A DNA stretch of 64,000 nt from Octopus vulgaris. Taxonomy: Eukaryota. Where the stretch lies: assembly GCA_951406725.2 (NCBI GenBank), contig OX597821.1, positions 109,244,001-109,308,000 on the forward strand, given 5' to 3'. Positions within the stretch are counted from its first letter, which is position 1; every line of letters begins with the position of its first letter. Position numbers and translations under genes: made by a program. Positions 12,946 to 27,330 of this stretch are shown here, in pieces. Under the pieces are notes generated by a model. It was not told the DNA's origin, searched no databases, and was given only the letters and a program-made list of their open reading frames with translations.

Positions 12946-13200
12946 ATGCATGTATGTATGTCTGTGCGTGTGGTTATGTGTGTGTATATTTGTGCGTTTG
13001 TGTCTGTGTTTAACCCCCCTCACCATCTCTTGACCATCGGCGTTGGTGTGCTTACGTCCCCGTAACTTAGCGATTCGGCAAAAAGGGTCCGATAGAATAA
13101 GTACCAGGCTTCCAGTGAATAAGTCCTGGGGTCGGTTTGTCCGACCTAAAAAGGCAGTGCTCCAGCATGGCCGCAGTCAAGATAGCCGAAACAAGTAAAC
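12722..13200 (+). mobile_element. SINE family B, full length
   Basis: Homologous to 9308-9739 in the opposite orientation, with an internal (TG)n. Confidence 0.88.
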
Positions 13201-13468
13201 CAAAAAAAGGAACCGGTTAGCGCTGGCACAACTGTTTGGCCAATAACATCGCCTTGTAGTGGCCTCGACGGCGGCAGCGTGAAACATAACATGACAGGTG
13301 GCAGACAGATTGATGGATTTGCTGAGTGAGGCTGAGTTAATGAAAGCGAATGAAAGAGGGGGGGTATGGAAAGGAGAGTTAGGGATTGAGAGGTGGGGAG
13401 TGTTTGGATTAATATAGAATGATGTGACAGAAGGTGGAGATAAAAGAGGAGGATGAGGAGTGAGAGAA

Positions 13469-13499
<31 letters not shown>

Positions 13500-14129
13500 A
13501 GTGTCGGTGAGTGAGAATGAAAGTCAGTGAATGAATGAATGAGAGTGGAAGTTGAGTGAAAGAATAAATGAATGAATGCGAAAGGGGTGGCGATGGTGGT
13601 GGTGGTGGCGGTGGCGGTGGGTTGATTAAGGAAATTTGGGATAATAGAGACAACTGATAAGAAGTGTTTAGGAAGTGTACATACATATATACATGCATGC
13701 ATACATACATACATGCATACACATATATACACAAACACGTATACATACATAAATATACACATACAGAAACACATATATAGAGAGACATACATACGTGAGC
13801 ACATATACGCACACACGTATATATATATACATACGTACACAAGCACATGCATACATACATACACATATATAGACACACGCGTATGCATACATAAATACAC
13901 GCACACAGATATATATTTATATATATAGACATACATACATACGTGAATACATACATATACATACACGTATATATACATACATACTCACACAAACACATAT
14001 ATATCTACATACATACATCCATATATACACACATATATATATACACACACATATATGTATACACACACACACATATCTATATATAAATACATACATACAT
14101 ACAAAAAGGGAAAGAGAAAGATTGACGCA

Positions 14130-14148
14130 AAGATAGATAGATAGATAT

Positions 14149-14181
<33 letters not shown>

Positions 14182-14215
14182 CAGATAGATAGATAGATAG
14201 ACCGATAGATAGATT

Positions 14216-14281
<66 letters not shown>

Positions 14282-14353
14282 CAGATAGATAGACAGATAG
14301 ACAGATAGACAGATAGATATAAAGGCAGACAGACAGATATACAGATAGATAGA

Positions 14354-14393
<40 letters not shown>

Positions 14394-14400
14394 GAGAGAG
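14130..14400. repeat. (AGAT)n/(AGAC)n/(TA)n compound microsatellite
   Basis: Directly visible. Confidence 0.95.
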
Positions 14401-14977
14401 AGATTAATGCTTTTACATCAAATTGTATATAAAAACGATTTAACAGTAAACTGAAGGATTACTCAATACTTTGCAGTAGAGTACACTTTACGTACTTAGA
14501 AGAGTACACACACACACACACACACACACTCACTTAATATATATAACTAGAAATGAATGCGTTCACACACACATACACACATATAAATCCATGCATACAT
14601 GTGAGTGTGGGTTTGATGAGAAAGAGAGGACGGAGTGTGGAGTTTGGAATATGGAAGTGAATGATATTAAGAAGTGAGACAGAGATAGATTTGATGTGAA
14701 GGTAGATAGACAGATGAATATAGAGATAAGAGGATGAATAGAAAGAATGAAAGAATGAAAGAGACAGCGATGGAAGAAATAAAGGAGAGAGAGAGAGGAG
14801 GGAAATTTTGTGAAGGGGGAGATTTTGGGAATGGAGAGACTTGAAGACAAGGCTTTTTCAAGAATGAAAAGAAATATGAGGGCAGCCTGCCCGTGACAAA
14901 CCCACCCAAGCCCGGTTCACCAGAGTTCCATCTTGGCCTAAACCGACCAGCATATCTGATCCGTCTGTTAAGCAGAT

Positions 14978-15032
<55 letters not shown>

Positions 15033-15250
15033 CAGAGAGAGGGAGAGGAAAGGAGACAGAGAGGGGGAAGAGAGAGGTGGTTAAATTGTCTGTTACAGGA
15101 ACCGTGTAAGAATTCCTGGCAGAGAAGATTAAATGTCCAATCTATCTCTATAGCTAGCAGATATTTTCACCATATGTCTTTCCAAATGGCGCACAAGAGC
15201 TTCTTTTACTGGTACCGCTTCTCTTTTTAAATCTCTCTCTCTCCCTCCCT

Positions 15251-15304
<54 letters not shown>

Positions 15305-15506
15305 CTATCGATCTATCTTTCTATCTATCTATCTCTGTCTATCTAGCTATCTATCTATGTATCGATCTCTCCCTCTCTCTTTCTTTCTTTATCTGCCTAT
15401 CTATCCATCCATCCGATCTATCTATCTCCCTATCTATCCTTCTGTGTTTCTCTCTCTTTCACTCGCTCTCTCTTCTCTCTGTCTTTCTCTCTCTCTCTCT
15501 TTCTTA

Positions 15507-15537
<31 letters not shown>

Positions 15538-15629
15538 AATCAGTGTTTCTCTCTCCACTATCTTTCTTTTTGTCTGTCTGCCTCTATACTTACCTACCTA
15601 CCTACCTATCTATCTCTCCTTTTATTTAT

Positions 15630-15815
15630 TTTTTTTTATTTTCTTTTATTTTTTTTTGTTCTTTTCTTCCCTTTTACGATCCCTCTTGATCGAAAACCTA
15701 CGCCACCCCTTTTTTTTGTTTCTTTTGTTTTTTGTTTTTTTCATCCCCCAAAAGAAAAGCTCTACCTTGTAACTTGTCCCATCTGTGTGCAGCCCTGTGT
15801 GGCCAATAAAGAAAC
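15630..15815 (+). mobile_element. 3'-end fragment of a probable L1/Tx1-type LINE within a CT/CTAT-rich tract
   Basis: T-rich 3' UTR ending GTCCCATCTGTGTGCAGCCCTGTGTGGCCAATAAAGAAAC; clade assignment is inferred. Confidence 0.4.
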
Positions 15816-16439
15816 TTATCTCTCAGTCAATCTATCTATCTACCTGTGTATCGATCGATCGATCGATCTTTCTATCTAGCTCACCTTGTTTTTATTCCTT
15901 CCTTCTCGCTCTGTATATCTTCCACGTTTTCCTCTTTCTTCTACCTTTTTCTCTCCGTATCTTTCCATCTGTTAATTTTTCTTATAATGTCACTTCTCCC
16001 TCCCTCCCTCTCTCCCTCCCTCCTTCTCTTCCGTCTCAATATCTCCTTTTAGTTCTGTTCCGTCAGCCTCCCATCAAAAAGCGTACTGACTCAATACTGT
16101 CCCCTCTATCGCTATAGTAACGGCGTCCGTCCCTAAGTGTTGTCTGCCCTCTAACCTCCTCAACTCCCGCACTTCTCACCCTCTTGTCTATCCACCTCTC
16201 GTCACAATTGACGCGTCTAACCTCACAGTCTCACATTAAACGCTATCTAGTCCTTCCTCCCCTGAATTTCTTCCCCTCTGGAAACTCGTTGAGCTATAAC
16301 ATTTTAGGCATAATATTAAGGGCACATCAGGTTCACCAACCTCTACTGGGAGCAACTTTGACCTTCATCTGTTCTTAGCCGATAAACAAAGGAGCAATCC
16401 AAGGCACGGGTGGATTGGTGGAAATGTAAGAGAGAAAAC

Positions 16440-16750
16440 GCGTGGCTTAATATTTAGAGTATTCGGTTCCCAAACGCACGCTCGTCAGTTCGACTCCCAG
16501 TAGCATGTTGTGTCTTTGAGCAAGACACTTTATTTCATATTGCTCTAATCCATTCACCTGGCAAAAATGAGTAGTACCTGTAATTCAAAAGGGCCAACCT
16601 TGTCACATTCTGTATCATGCTGAATCTCTCTGAGAAGTAAATTGAGGGTCTGGGTGTATGTGAAGTACTGAGGCACTTGCACATTAATTTCCCTGGTAGG
16701 CTGTTCGGTTAATGGGATCAACTAGAACCACGTCGTCGGAACCGACGGAG
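16440..16750 (+). mobile_element. SINE family C-related, degenerate
   Basis: tRNA-like head; CCTTGTCACATTCTGTATCATGCTGAATCTC..GGCTGTTCGGTT resembles family C. Confidence 0.65.
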
Positions 16751-17590
16751 AACAAGTTTAGCAGTTTAGTTTGGAAATTTAAGAAAGGGGGCCCCCCATG
16801 CTGCCTTGTGGTAGCTGTTTCGACTTTTAGCGTTCTGGGTTCAAATCCTGCTACGGCTTACTTGAATGATAGACCATCTTGGTGCCTTTTGCTAAGTCTG
16901 CTCTATCGCACTCATTTGGATCAGGCTTTCATTTTGAGGACCCATTCCTTCCTCCCCAACACTCACTAGCCTTGATGACTCTATTCCTTGGTTCTGTCTT
17001 CTCTCCTGAGTACAAGATTTACATATATATTCAAGCCCCCCCACCACCACCTCAGGAATATAAACACACGTTGTTGGGAGAAAAAATGGAATTCTGCTGC
17101 ATTCAAGTTAGAGAGACATCGGGCCCAAAAATGCTTTCCACTCCAGGTTGTCACGGAGTAGAAAATTATTGCTTAAAACAAAAAATGTGTTAAAACACCG
17201 TGATCATCTTAATGCGCTCTCCATAGCACTCAATGGTGTATTTCGAGCTCGTTAATTCTCCTCAGCACCAGATACCAAGAGAGACAACTAGACAACTCAT
17301 AACCGACTGGAATACCTTGTTTCCTTTATCTTCAATCAATCAATATTATTTAGTGATAACACCCGTTAGCTGCCATGTGTGTGTAGATACGTGAAGCAGT
17401 AACAGAAAGATACAAACCAGTTCAAACAGGCTCCAGATGTATATGAACCTGTTATGGCTCTTCACTGCAGTTTGACGTGGAGGCTTTGATTGAATAAAAT
17501 CACATAGTTTTAAATGATTATGAATTCATTATTATATATTTCTTTATTATAAATTTCTTTATTATAAACTTCTAGCATATATATATATAT

Positions 17591-17773
17591 AGTTGAAATT
17601 TATAGAAAACCAAAAGACGAAGACAGGTGTATGAACAACTAGCAAGTGTATTAGCTTGCAGCTCGGGAAAAATGAAAAAGTATTTTATGCTTCGAGCCTA
17701 CGCTCTTCATCAGAAAGGAATAAGAGGAAATAAACAGAGAGAGAATGAAAAAACATGTAGAGTTCAACGGTCC
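17591..17773 (-). mobile_element. Hammerhead-bearing non-autonomous element, copy 2
   Basis: Minus strand CTTTCTGATGAAGAGCGTAGGCTCGAAGCATAAAA at 17682-17717; 3' end abuts (TA)n. Confidence 0.7.
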
Positions 17774-17813
17774 AGCTGAAAAAACGTTCACATATATATA
17801 TTATCATATATAT

Positions 17814-17888
<75 letters not shown>

Positions 17889-18471
17889 AGCAACAAAAAG
17901 AGCATCATTCATTGTGAGATTAAATATACACAATTGCAAATGAGCAACAAATAGTTTCATGCTTTAAGATACATTAAATTGGCAGATTTATAAGATATAC
18001 CATTTATCTCTTAGCAATCTGCCAGTTTAATGTATCTTGAAACGAAACTATTTCTAGTACTTTTGTAATTATCTATATGCATGTATGTATGTATGTATGT
18101 ATGTATGTATGTATGTATGTATGTATGTATGTATGTATGTATCCCAGGTCTTGGAGTCCTTGAGAATCGTCGTCGTCCTTGCTCTTTTTCATGGCAAAAC
18201 GACATGGAAAACTAAAAGCTTTACTTCCGATTCTCAAAAATGTTTTAAAACAATTTTCTGAAAGACCACCGGATTTCTTCCTCGATAATAATGGGATAAA
18301 TAACCATTTTCTGTGACAGTCAAGCAGCTTTGATTCAAGGATCGGGATTCTTTAAGTATAGTCTTCAGTATTTCGGATGACTGTCTTTGACAGAAGGCTG
18401 TTTATTGGTTAGTGCATTCATTTCATCCCATTCCGCTACCACCACCAACACTCCCACTACTATCACCGCAT

Positions 18472-18537
<66 letters not shown>

Positions 18538-18545
18538 CACTACTT

Positions 18546-18597
<52 letters not shown>

Positions 18598-18699
18598 AGG
18601 AGAAAATTCTATAACGGCAGAACTTGCTCAAGGAATAAACTGCTCATCGAAATTTAAAGGTTCAAATGCTTTACACTTTTACTATTTATTCCACCCTTA

Positions 18700-19041
18700 T
18701 TCGAGCAAATCGACCCCAGGACTAATTCTTTATAATCCTAGTACTTATTCTATCGTACCCTTTTGCCGAACCACTAAGTTTCGGGGACGTAAACACACCA
18801 CCATCGGTCGTCAAGCGAGATTTGGGTGGACAAACGCAGACACACAGACATATACACACACATAAATATATATATGCATATATACGACGGGCTACTTTCA
18901 GTTTCCATCTACCAAATCCACTCACAAGGCTTTGTTCGGCCTGAGGCTATAGTAGAAGACACTTGCACAAGGTGCCACGCAGTGGGACTGAACCCGAAAC
19001 CATGTGATTGGTAAGCAAGCTACTTACCACACAGCCACTCC

Positions 19042-19042
<1 letters not shown>
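18700..19042 (-). mobile_element. SINE family B
   Basis: Homologous to 9308-9739. Confidence 0.85.
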
Positions 19043-19074
<32 letters not shown>

Positions 19075-19075
<1 letters not shown>

Positions 19076-19316
19076 CAGGGACCTTTTGAGTGGGATGGGT
19101 TACCCAACCAGAAGAAAATTCTAACTGGGCCCCACCTGCAAGGTCATGCGCTGTTTATCTTGTTATGAGATCACCATGTCGCGCACACATGGTTGTGATA
19201 CATGTGCCTGGTGTACCCTTATCAGACGGGTAGTCATGATGGGTATACTGGGCTTCGTATATTTTACCCCAGTGTCACTTTGATGGTATGCACTGCTCTC
19301 TCACTCAATAATAATG

Positions 19317-19394
<78 letters not shown>

Positions 19395-19948
19395 GCCCTG
19401 ATGCAGTACCAGGCAGTGGCTCTCATGGCTTCTGATCTTAACTGATTGGAAGTGTTATCATGTACATTGTTTTGTCTTGGTATAAAAGATGGGCTACAGC
19501 AAATATTCTGCTCAATACCACAGATTTGCTTGTCAGTTGTTTGACCTTAACCAGTTGAGCATGTCCCTTAGTGGCTGACGATATGTGCATCTCTGATCAC
19601 GAGCAGAAGTAGTGGGGGAGCATCATAGCCATGTGTTGAGAGGGATTCTTTGGGGTTTGAATAGTTCACCTCTGGAAACATGGGTGGTTCTTTCAACATC
19701 CTTAAACAACCCTTATTCAGGGACCGTTTGAGCAGGATGGGCTACTCAAAATGAAGAAAATTCTAACTGGGCCCCACCTGCAAGGTCATGTGCTGTTTAT
19801 CTTGATATGAGATCACCATGTCGCGCACATATGGTTGTGATGCATGTGCCTGGTGTACCTTTATCAGACGGGTAGTCATGATGGGTATATTGGGCTTCGT
19901 ATATTTTACCCCAGTGTCACTTTGATGGCATGAACTGCTCTCTCACTC
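19075..19948 (+). mobile_element. Two tandem 5'-truncated 3'-UTR fragments embedded in (TAA)n (Dong/R4-like LINE)
   Basis: 19075-19306 and 19391-19948 share a near-identical 3' ~230 bp ending CTCTCTCACTC + (AAT)n; Dong/R4 is inferred only from TAA-repeat targeting, and no ORF is visible. Confidence 0.6.
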
Positions 19949-20014
<66 letters not shown>

Positions 20015-20017
<3 letters not shown>

Positions 20018-20239
20018 CTCTTACTCTTACACTCTTTTACTTGTTTCAGTCATTTGACTGTGGCCATGCTGGAGCACCGCCTTTAGTCGAGCAAATCGAT
20101 CCCAGTACTTATAGTTTGTAAGCCTAATACTTATTCTATCGGTCTATTTTGCCGAGCCGCAAAGTTACGGGGGCGTAAACACACAAGCATCGGTTGTCAA
20201 GCGATGTTGGGGGGGGGACAAACACAGACACACAAACAT

Positions 20240-20260
<21 letters not shown>
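20015..20260 (-). mobile_element. SINE family B, 3' half
   Basis: CTTTTACTTGTTTCAGTCATTTGACTGTGGCCATGCTGGAGCACCGCC. Confidence 0.85.
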
Positions 20261-20296
<36 letters not shown>

Positions 20297-20486
20297 TAAA
20301 CATATACACACACACATACATACATACATACATATATATATATATACTTTCTACTTCTCCTATAGAAACTTGTTTTCGCTCTTTTTCTTTCTCTCTTCTC
20401 TCTGTTTTTTTCCCATTCTGTGTTTCTCTCGCTTACACATATTATTTCTCACTCTCTGTAATAATTCCTCCTTTTTAGTCTGTCTG

Positions 20487-20561
<75 letters not shown>

Positions 20562-21065
20562 CTCACACACACTATTTACATTTCTCCCTCTATCGAAAAA
20601 TCCTGTGACGAATGAGGAGATGGAGGAGGAGAAGTGGAGAGCCACTTCCTCACTTTGCTTCTCTTTTTCTTTCTCTCCATTCTCACTTCCTCATTGGCAT
20701 AATACGCAGTATTACGCAGACATCTGCTAACATATATACACTAGTTTTGAAAATTAAGACAAGAAATTTTTTCTAAAAAATTTTTCGCGATGTACGAACG
20801 AGAAATTGTCCGTCTTTTGTTTTACAGATAGAAACTGCTTGTCCTTATGCACAGCGCATGGACAGAAGCCGAGCGGCTCCAGTGTATGCATTGTACCTAT
20901 ATATATATGTATGCGTATGAATAGGACGACAGAACACGATTTGAAGGTAATATGGTTGCAATTTCTATGAAATCGAATGGCCGTGTAGAGCCAGCATTCT
21001 TCATTGCACCGACCGGCCATATGTTGGATACGAACACGAAGAGGATAACAAATAACATCTCTCCT

Positions 21066-21143
<78 letters not shown>

Positions 21144-21287
21144 CCTACCTACCTTTCTATCTATCTGTCTATCTATCTGTCTATCTAACAATCTCTTTCT
21201 CTCGCTTAGCTTGTCGTCTGGCGTTTTATTGACACCATCTGCGCTCTCAAATCCACGCTTTCGTATTATGATATAATACCATATAGT

Positions 21288-21343
<56 letters not shown>

Positions 21344-21959
21344 TTCATTGTCATATATAAGTAAAAGGAGGTTCTTGGCAATAACCGAATAACAGTAACG
21401 AAAGCATTTTCACACAAAGGTCTTTCTAACGAAAATTACGATGGCGGATTAAAAACGTCCCTGGAACCAAGACATACAAAAACACACGCGAACGATTAAC
21501 GATTGAGCCGGAAATTCGATCGCTCAGTCACTGGGCTTTTCTCTCTTTTCCATCTGTTTTTACTTCTTTGTTTATTTACTTATATGTGAACGGTTTTGTT
21601 TTTATATTTATTTATTTACGTAGTGTTTATAATCCGTTTTATCCATTATTCAAACTCTTGTACACTCAGGTAGCGCTCGGGATATAATCCGACTATTTAT
21701 TTACCACTGCTACAAAACTGTCATTTCGTACCCCATCCCCACTATCTCTGCCTATCTATCAATTTATCTATCTATCCATCCATATATCTATCTATCTATG
21801 TATCTATCTATCCATCGATATATCTATCTATCTATCTATCCATCTAGCTATCTGTATCTATCTATATATCTATCTAATTATCTATCTATTTATCTATCAT
21901 TCTATCAGTTTATCTAGCTATCCATCCTTCTATCTATCTATCCATTCATCTATCCATCC

Positions 21960-22014
<55 letters not shown>

Positions 22015-22051
22015 CATCCTTCTATCTATCTATCCATTCATCTATCCATCC

Positions 22052-22085
<34 letters not shown>

Positions 22086-22162
22086 ACGTTATCTATCTGT
22101 CTGTCTTTTCTCTTTCTTTTTCTGTTTTCTCTCTCTCTTTCTTTTTCTCTGTCTTCTCTCTC

Positions 22163-22243
<81 letters not shown>

Positions 22244-22465
22244 AACACACGTCTGTTCCTTCGGCCTTTCGTCTTATTGTTCTCTCAATTCATCTTCTTT
22301 TATTCGTAGATGTACCGAACGGTTAATCCCTTGTTTTGTGGTCAGCGCTTTTCACTTGCTGTTCGGAGAAAAACTGCGAAATCAACGACAACAACAAAAC
22401 AACTACAGCAGCTATAATAACAGCAACAACAAGGAAAGTAACGCTACCACAACAACAAAAACTGT

Positions 22466-22790
<325 letters not shown>

Positions 22791-22955
22791 AAGAACTGAT
22801 TTATCTTGACTTGACAAGAAGACCAACTGTTGTAACGTCGGACATATGGACGCTGTTTGATTCTAATCACACACAAAGACACACACATACGAATGCATAC
22901 ATGTGCGTGGGAATTACCGCTTGGGCCGTTACTTCTACTATCACTACTACTGCTG

Positions 22956-23003
<48 letters not shown>

Positions 23004-23310
23004 TGGTTAGAATGTATACTAATAATAACGATTTCTTAAGTGGCCACTGGGGCCCACTGTATGAAATAACAAAACGTTTTATGCAAAATGATTAAAACCA
23101 TGTTTAGAATGCATGCGCACGCGCTCATGTGTGTGTGTGTGTGTGTGTGTGTACGCGCACACACACAGAGAAACACACATATACATACATACATAAATAC
23201 ATACAAATATATCTATAGAAATATATGCATATACATTTACGTATCTACAGGTATATACGCACATATATGTGTGAGTGTCTGTGTGGACGTGTGTGTGTGG
23301 ATGTGTGTGT

Positions 23311-23344
<34 letters not shown>

Positions 23345-24257
23345 CTGTGTGTCTGTGTGTGTGTGTCTGTGTGTCCATACATGTGAAGGCGCGTGGCCTA
23401 GTGGTTAGGCTGTAACACTCAGGATCGATAGATCGAGGGTTCGATTCCTACACCAGAATCGAACCCAGGTCTCGTGCAAACCATTTCATTTCACATTGCT
23501 TCAGCGCCACCACTACCCTCTTTCGATCAAGGGTGAATGTTGTCCTGCTCATCTATCCGGGGGTGGGTAGCGTCATTCGAAGGCTAAATCAATGCAATGA
23601 ACTGATTCCTACACGGTGAGATTTTCAACAACTAAATTTCTTACCTCATAAATTGTGTACAACGAAATTTATTATAACCACATCTGATAACAATCGCTTG
23701 ATACAGTAACCCACGTCAGAATGCACACGTCGATAATTCTTTCAGGAAAACTGCTTGTTCCTCGTTGCCAAATTGTGGTGCAGATTTTACAAGCGGTTTT
23801 ACAAGGACCTCTGCCACGACCCGGATCCACTCGAGTTAACACCACACCTGAGCAATGCTCCAACACTAAAAACCTGTTTGAAGGGCAACAGGATAACCCC
23901 GCCTAATCACGCATTTAATTACCATAAACCATGTGCCTGGCTGATCCAAATTTTGACACAAGGCAGTCAATTTTGGTGAGAGGCTACTAGTCGATTACAT
24001 CGATTCCCAGTACTTGACTGGTATCATATTTTATCGGCTCCGAAAGGATGAAAGACAGGGTTGATCTCGGTGGTATTTGAACTCAGAATGAAAAGAGCCG
24101 GCTCAAATTCAACAAAATCTCAAATTGGTAAAGAATCCAGAAGCGTTACCAGATCATTGTAATTGACCCAAACGTCCTCTAGACTAGGCTGCTTAGTTGA
24201 CTAAAGCCAGGATCTTTTCAAGAAACGTTGTCATTGAGGCCTGCGATTAATACTATA

Positions 24258-24700
24258 CAGAGGTGGTCAAAACTAATGATCCACTCGCTTAATTATCAGT
24301 AGAATGTTCTTTCCATTTCTCTACTATTGCCTTTTAAGATAAGAATTCGATCAGTCTTTGTACTTTTTAAGTAATTCCTTCTACAATAAAATAATTATTC
24401 CTAGTTTCATCTATTCATTATATGACTGGAATTTGGACCAACGATGAACGAAAGTAGATCATCAAGCTTTACTGAAAAAACAAAGAATGAAAAAATGGTT
24501 AGACATTACAGAATATGTGAAAATTTCTGCAGACAGTTTCCATCTGCAATGCACAGAAAAGTGGTCGCCCGGTCAGTGTTACTACTGAAGAATATGAAAT
24601 GCTTGTGGCTCAGGCAATCATCCAAATTCCCCAGAAATCCATAAAAGGGCTTCCAATGAACTAGGCATGTTCAACAGATCCCTTAATTGTCTAATGAAGA
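24258..24700 (+). mobile_element. Degenerate Tc1/mariner-superfamily transposon, 5' fragment
   Basis: TA|CAGAGGTGGTCAAAA terminus; frameshifted HTH-like RKSGRPVSVTTEEYEMLVAQAIIQIPQKSI..SNELGM. Confidence 0.55.
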
Positions 24701-25001
24701 AATAGTGAAATGAACATTCCACTTATACCACTTTCAAATTCTAGCACACAAGACCAGCAATTGGGGCACAGGAGCAAGTCGATTACATCGAATCCAGTGT
24801 TCAAATGGTGCTTATTTTATCGACTCCGAAAGGATGAAATCCAAGCCGACCTCGGTGGAATTTGAACTCAGATCGTAAAGGCGCTAAGCATTTTGCCCGG
24901 TGTGCTAGAGATTCAATGCTGCGCTTCCTCTCGTCCGAGAAAGACTTTGCTTTCCACCCATTCAGGGTCGATAAAAAAATCGGCAACGATACACACGCGG
25001 T

Positions 25002-25094
<93 letters not shown>

Positions 25095-25112
25095 ATATAT
25101 ATACATAGATAG

Positions 25113-25160
<48 letters not shown>

Positions 25161-25525
25161 GTGTGTGTATATATATAGATACATGCACATATGAATATAT
25201 GTATATATTTATGCATGCATACATATACACACACATACGCGCATGTTTACATAGTGCTGTGTACATATATATACGTCTTATTCCTTGCACATTTAACTTC
25301 TCTAAGAGCATTAGTAATACCATAGATAAACCTTCTTATTCCTGTTTCTCCTTTATTTCATACCTTCTTTCCTTCCTTCTTTCCTTCCTTCTTTCCTTCC
25401 TTTCCTTTTTTCCCTTTCTTTCTCTCTTTCTTTCCTACAGCCGGTGCTTAATGGACAGAGCATCTCCTAGGCAACAACGAAGAGACGAACGCACATCAAA
25501 GAATCCTTAATATAAATATTAATTA

Positions 25526-25950
25526 AGGCGTCGAGCTGGTAGAATGGTTAGCCCGCCGGGCAAAATGCTTAGCGGCATTTCGTCCGGCTTCCATTTCTGA
25601 GTTCAAATTCCGCCAAGGTACATTTAGCTTTCGTCTTTTCGAGATAGATGAAATAAAGTACGAATTGAGTACAGGTGGTCGCTATAATCAACTTACACCC
25701 TCCCCCAAAATTGCTGGCCTTGTGCCAAAATTTGAAACCAGCAAGCACGCCAGACAAAGTGCCGAGGTGCATTTCGTTCATCTTTGCGTTCTGTGTTCAA
25801 ATTCCGCCGAGTAAGACTTTGCCTTTCATATTTTCTGGGTCGATAAAATAAGTATTAGTTGCATACTGGGGTCGATGTAATCGTTTACCCCGCCCCCAAC
25901 TTTCAGACTTTATGCTTATAATAGAAAGGATTATTATTATTATTATTATT

Positions 25951-25981
<31 letters not shown>

Positions 25982-26033
25982 CAATCACCATGATCATCAT
26001 CATCATCATCATCACCATCACCATCACCTTCAC

Positions 26034-26084
<51 letters not shown>

Positions 26085-26104
26085 TATCATCATCATCATC
26101 ATCA

Positions 26105-26165
<61 letters not shown>

Positions 26166-26793
26166 CATCATCATCATCATCATTCTCGGCGGCGAGCTGA
26201 CAGAATCGTTAGCCTACCAGATGAAATGCTTAGCGCCATTTCGTTGTCTTCCCGTTCTGAGTTCAATTTCCGCCGAGGTCAGCTAGTACCAGTGAAACAT
26301 TGGTGTCAATATAATCGACTGGTTCTCTCGCCGCAAATTTGAGGCCTTGTGCCTCCAGTAGAAAGGAATATTATTACCATCAAAGTAGCGAGTTGGCAGA
26401 ATCGTTAGAATGCCGGACAAAATGCTGAGCTGCATCTCGCGCGGCTTTATATTTTGTGTTCAAATTCTGCCGAGTAAGGCTTTGCCTTCCACCCATTCAG
26501 GGTCGATAAAAAAAAGTACCAATCGTGCACTGGGGTCGTCGGGACCGCCTGACGACTCTCTTTCGACTTTACTGGCCTTGTGTCAAAATTTGAAACCAAA
26601 TTTTCTTTTGTTTTCTACTCTAGGCACAAGGCCCGAAATTTCTGGGGAGGTTGCCAGTCTATTAGGTAGACCCCAGTACGCCAATGGTACTTAATTTATC
26701 GACCCCGTGAGGATGAAAAGCAAAGTCGACCTCCACGGAATTTGAACACAAAACGCAAAGACAGATGAAATACTTATTTCTTTACTACCCACA
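25526..26793. mobile_element. Cluster of older SINE family A copies (+ and -) interrupted by (ATC/ATT)n
   Basis: Repeated GAGTTCAAATTCCGCC / GGGTCGATAAAA / GGCCTTGTGCC motifs. Confidence 0.75.
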
Positions 26794-27330
26794 AAGCTTT
26801 CGGACAATTCATGAGGCACCCATTTTCTAAGATGACGATGAACAGTTGTTTGGTTTGAACTAAGCTTTATAGCCAATTCTTCAACTGATAATGCAGGATT
26901 TTCTTCAAGTAATGCCTCAAGGAACTTTGGGCATTACTTCAAACTCAACTGGACGTCCTGTTCGATCCTCATATTCAAGGCTGAAATTTCCACTTCTGAA
27001 TTTTGCAATCCATCTTCTGCAAGTTCTTTCATTCAAGCATTCTTTCCCATTAACTGAGTGTATATTTCGAGTCGCTTCGGCTGCATAGTTTCCATTTTTG
27101 TACTCATAAAGCATTATGTGCCTCAAATGCTCTTTAGATACTTCCATGCTAGAAAGGGTTTTAATCAAAGAAATTTTAATTATATTATTCTGTAAAATAA
27201 TATTTAATTAGTTTAAATGTACACAAATGCATAAAAATAATTTTTAATTCCATTAGACATTCTAAAATACTATTAAATTTCATTCAGTTTTAAAAAAGGT
27301 AAAATCGGACAGAACTTATGGGATGACCTG
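26794..27330 (-). mobile_element. Mariner transposon, 5' fragment (HTH region)
   Basis: HLRHIMLYEYKNG..AAEATRNI..RRWIAKFRSGNFSLEYEDRTGRP and KWVPHELS; TIR-like CAGGTCATCCCATAAGTTCTGTCCGATTTT at the 27330 end. Confidence 0.88.

Noticed and set aside
16090-16380. LINE 3' remnant (LYRYSNG-like translation)
   Set aside because: Too degenerate to support a call by eye.
20845-20872. REST/RE1-like motif (CAGCGCATGGACAG)
   Set aside because: Only the right half-site matches and the spacing is wrong; a chance match is likely.
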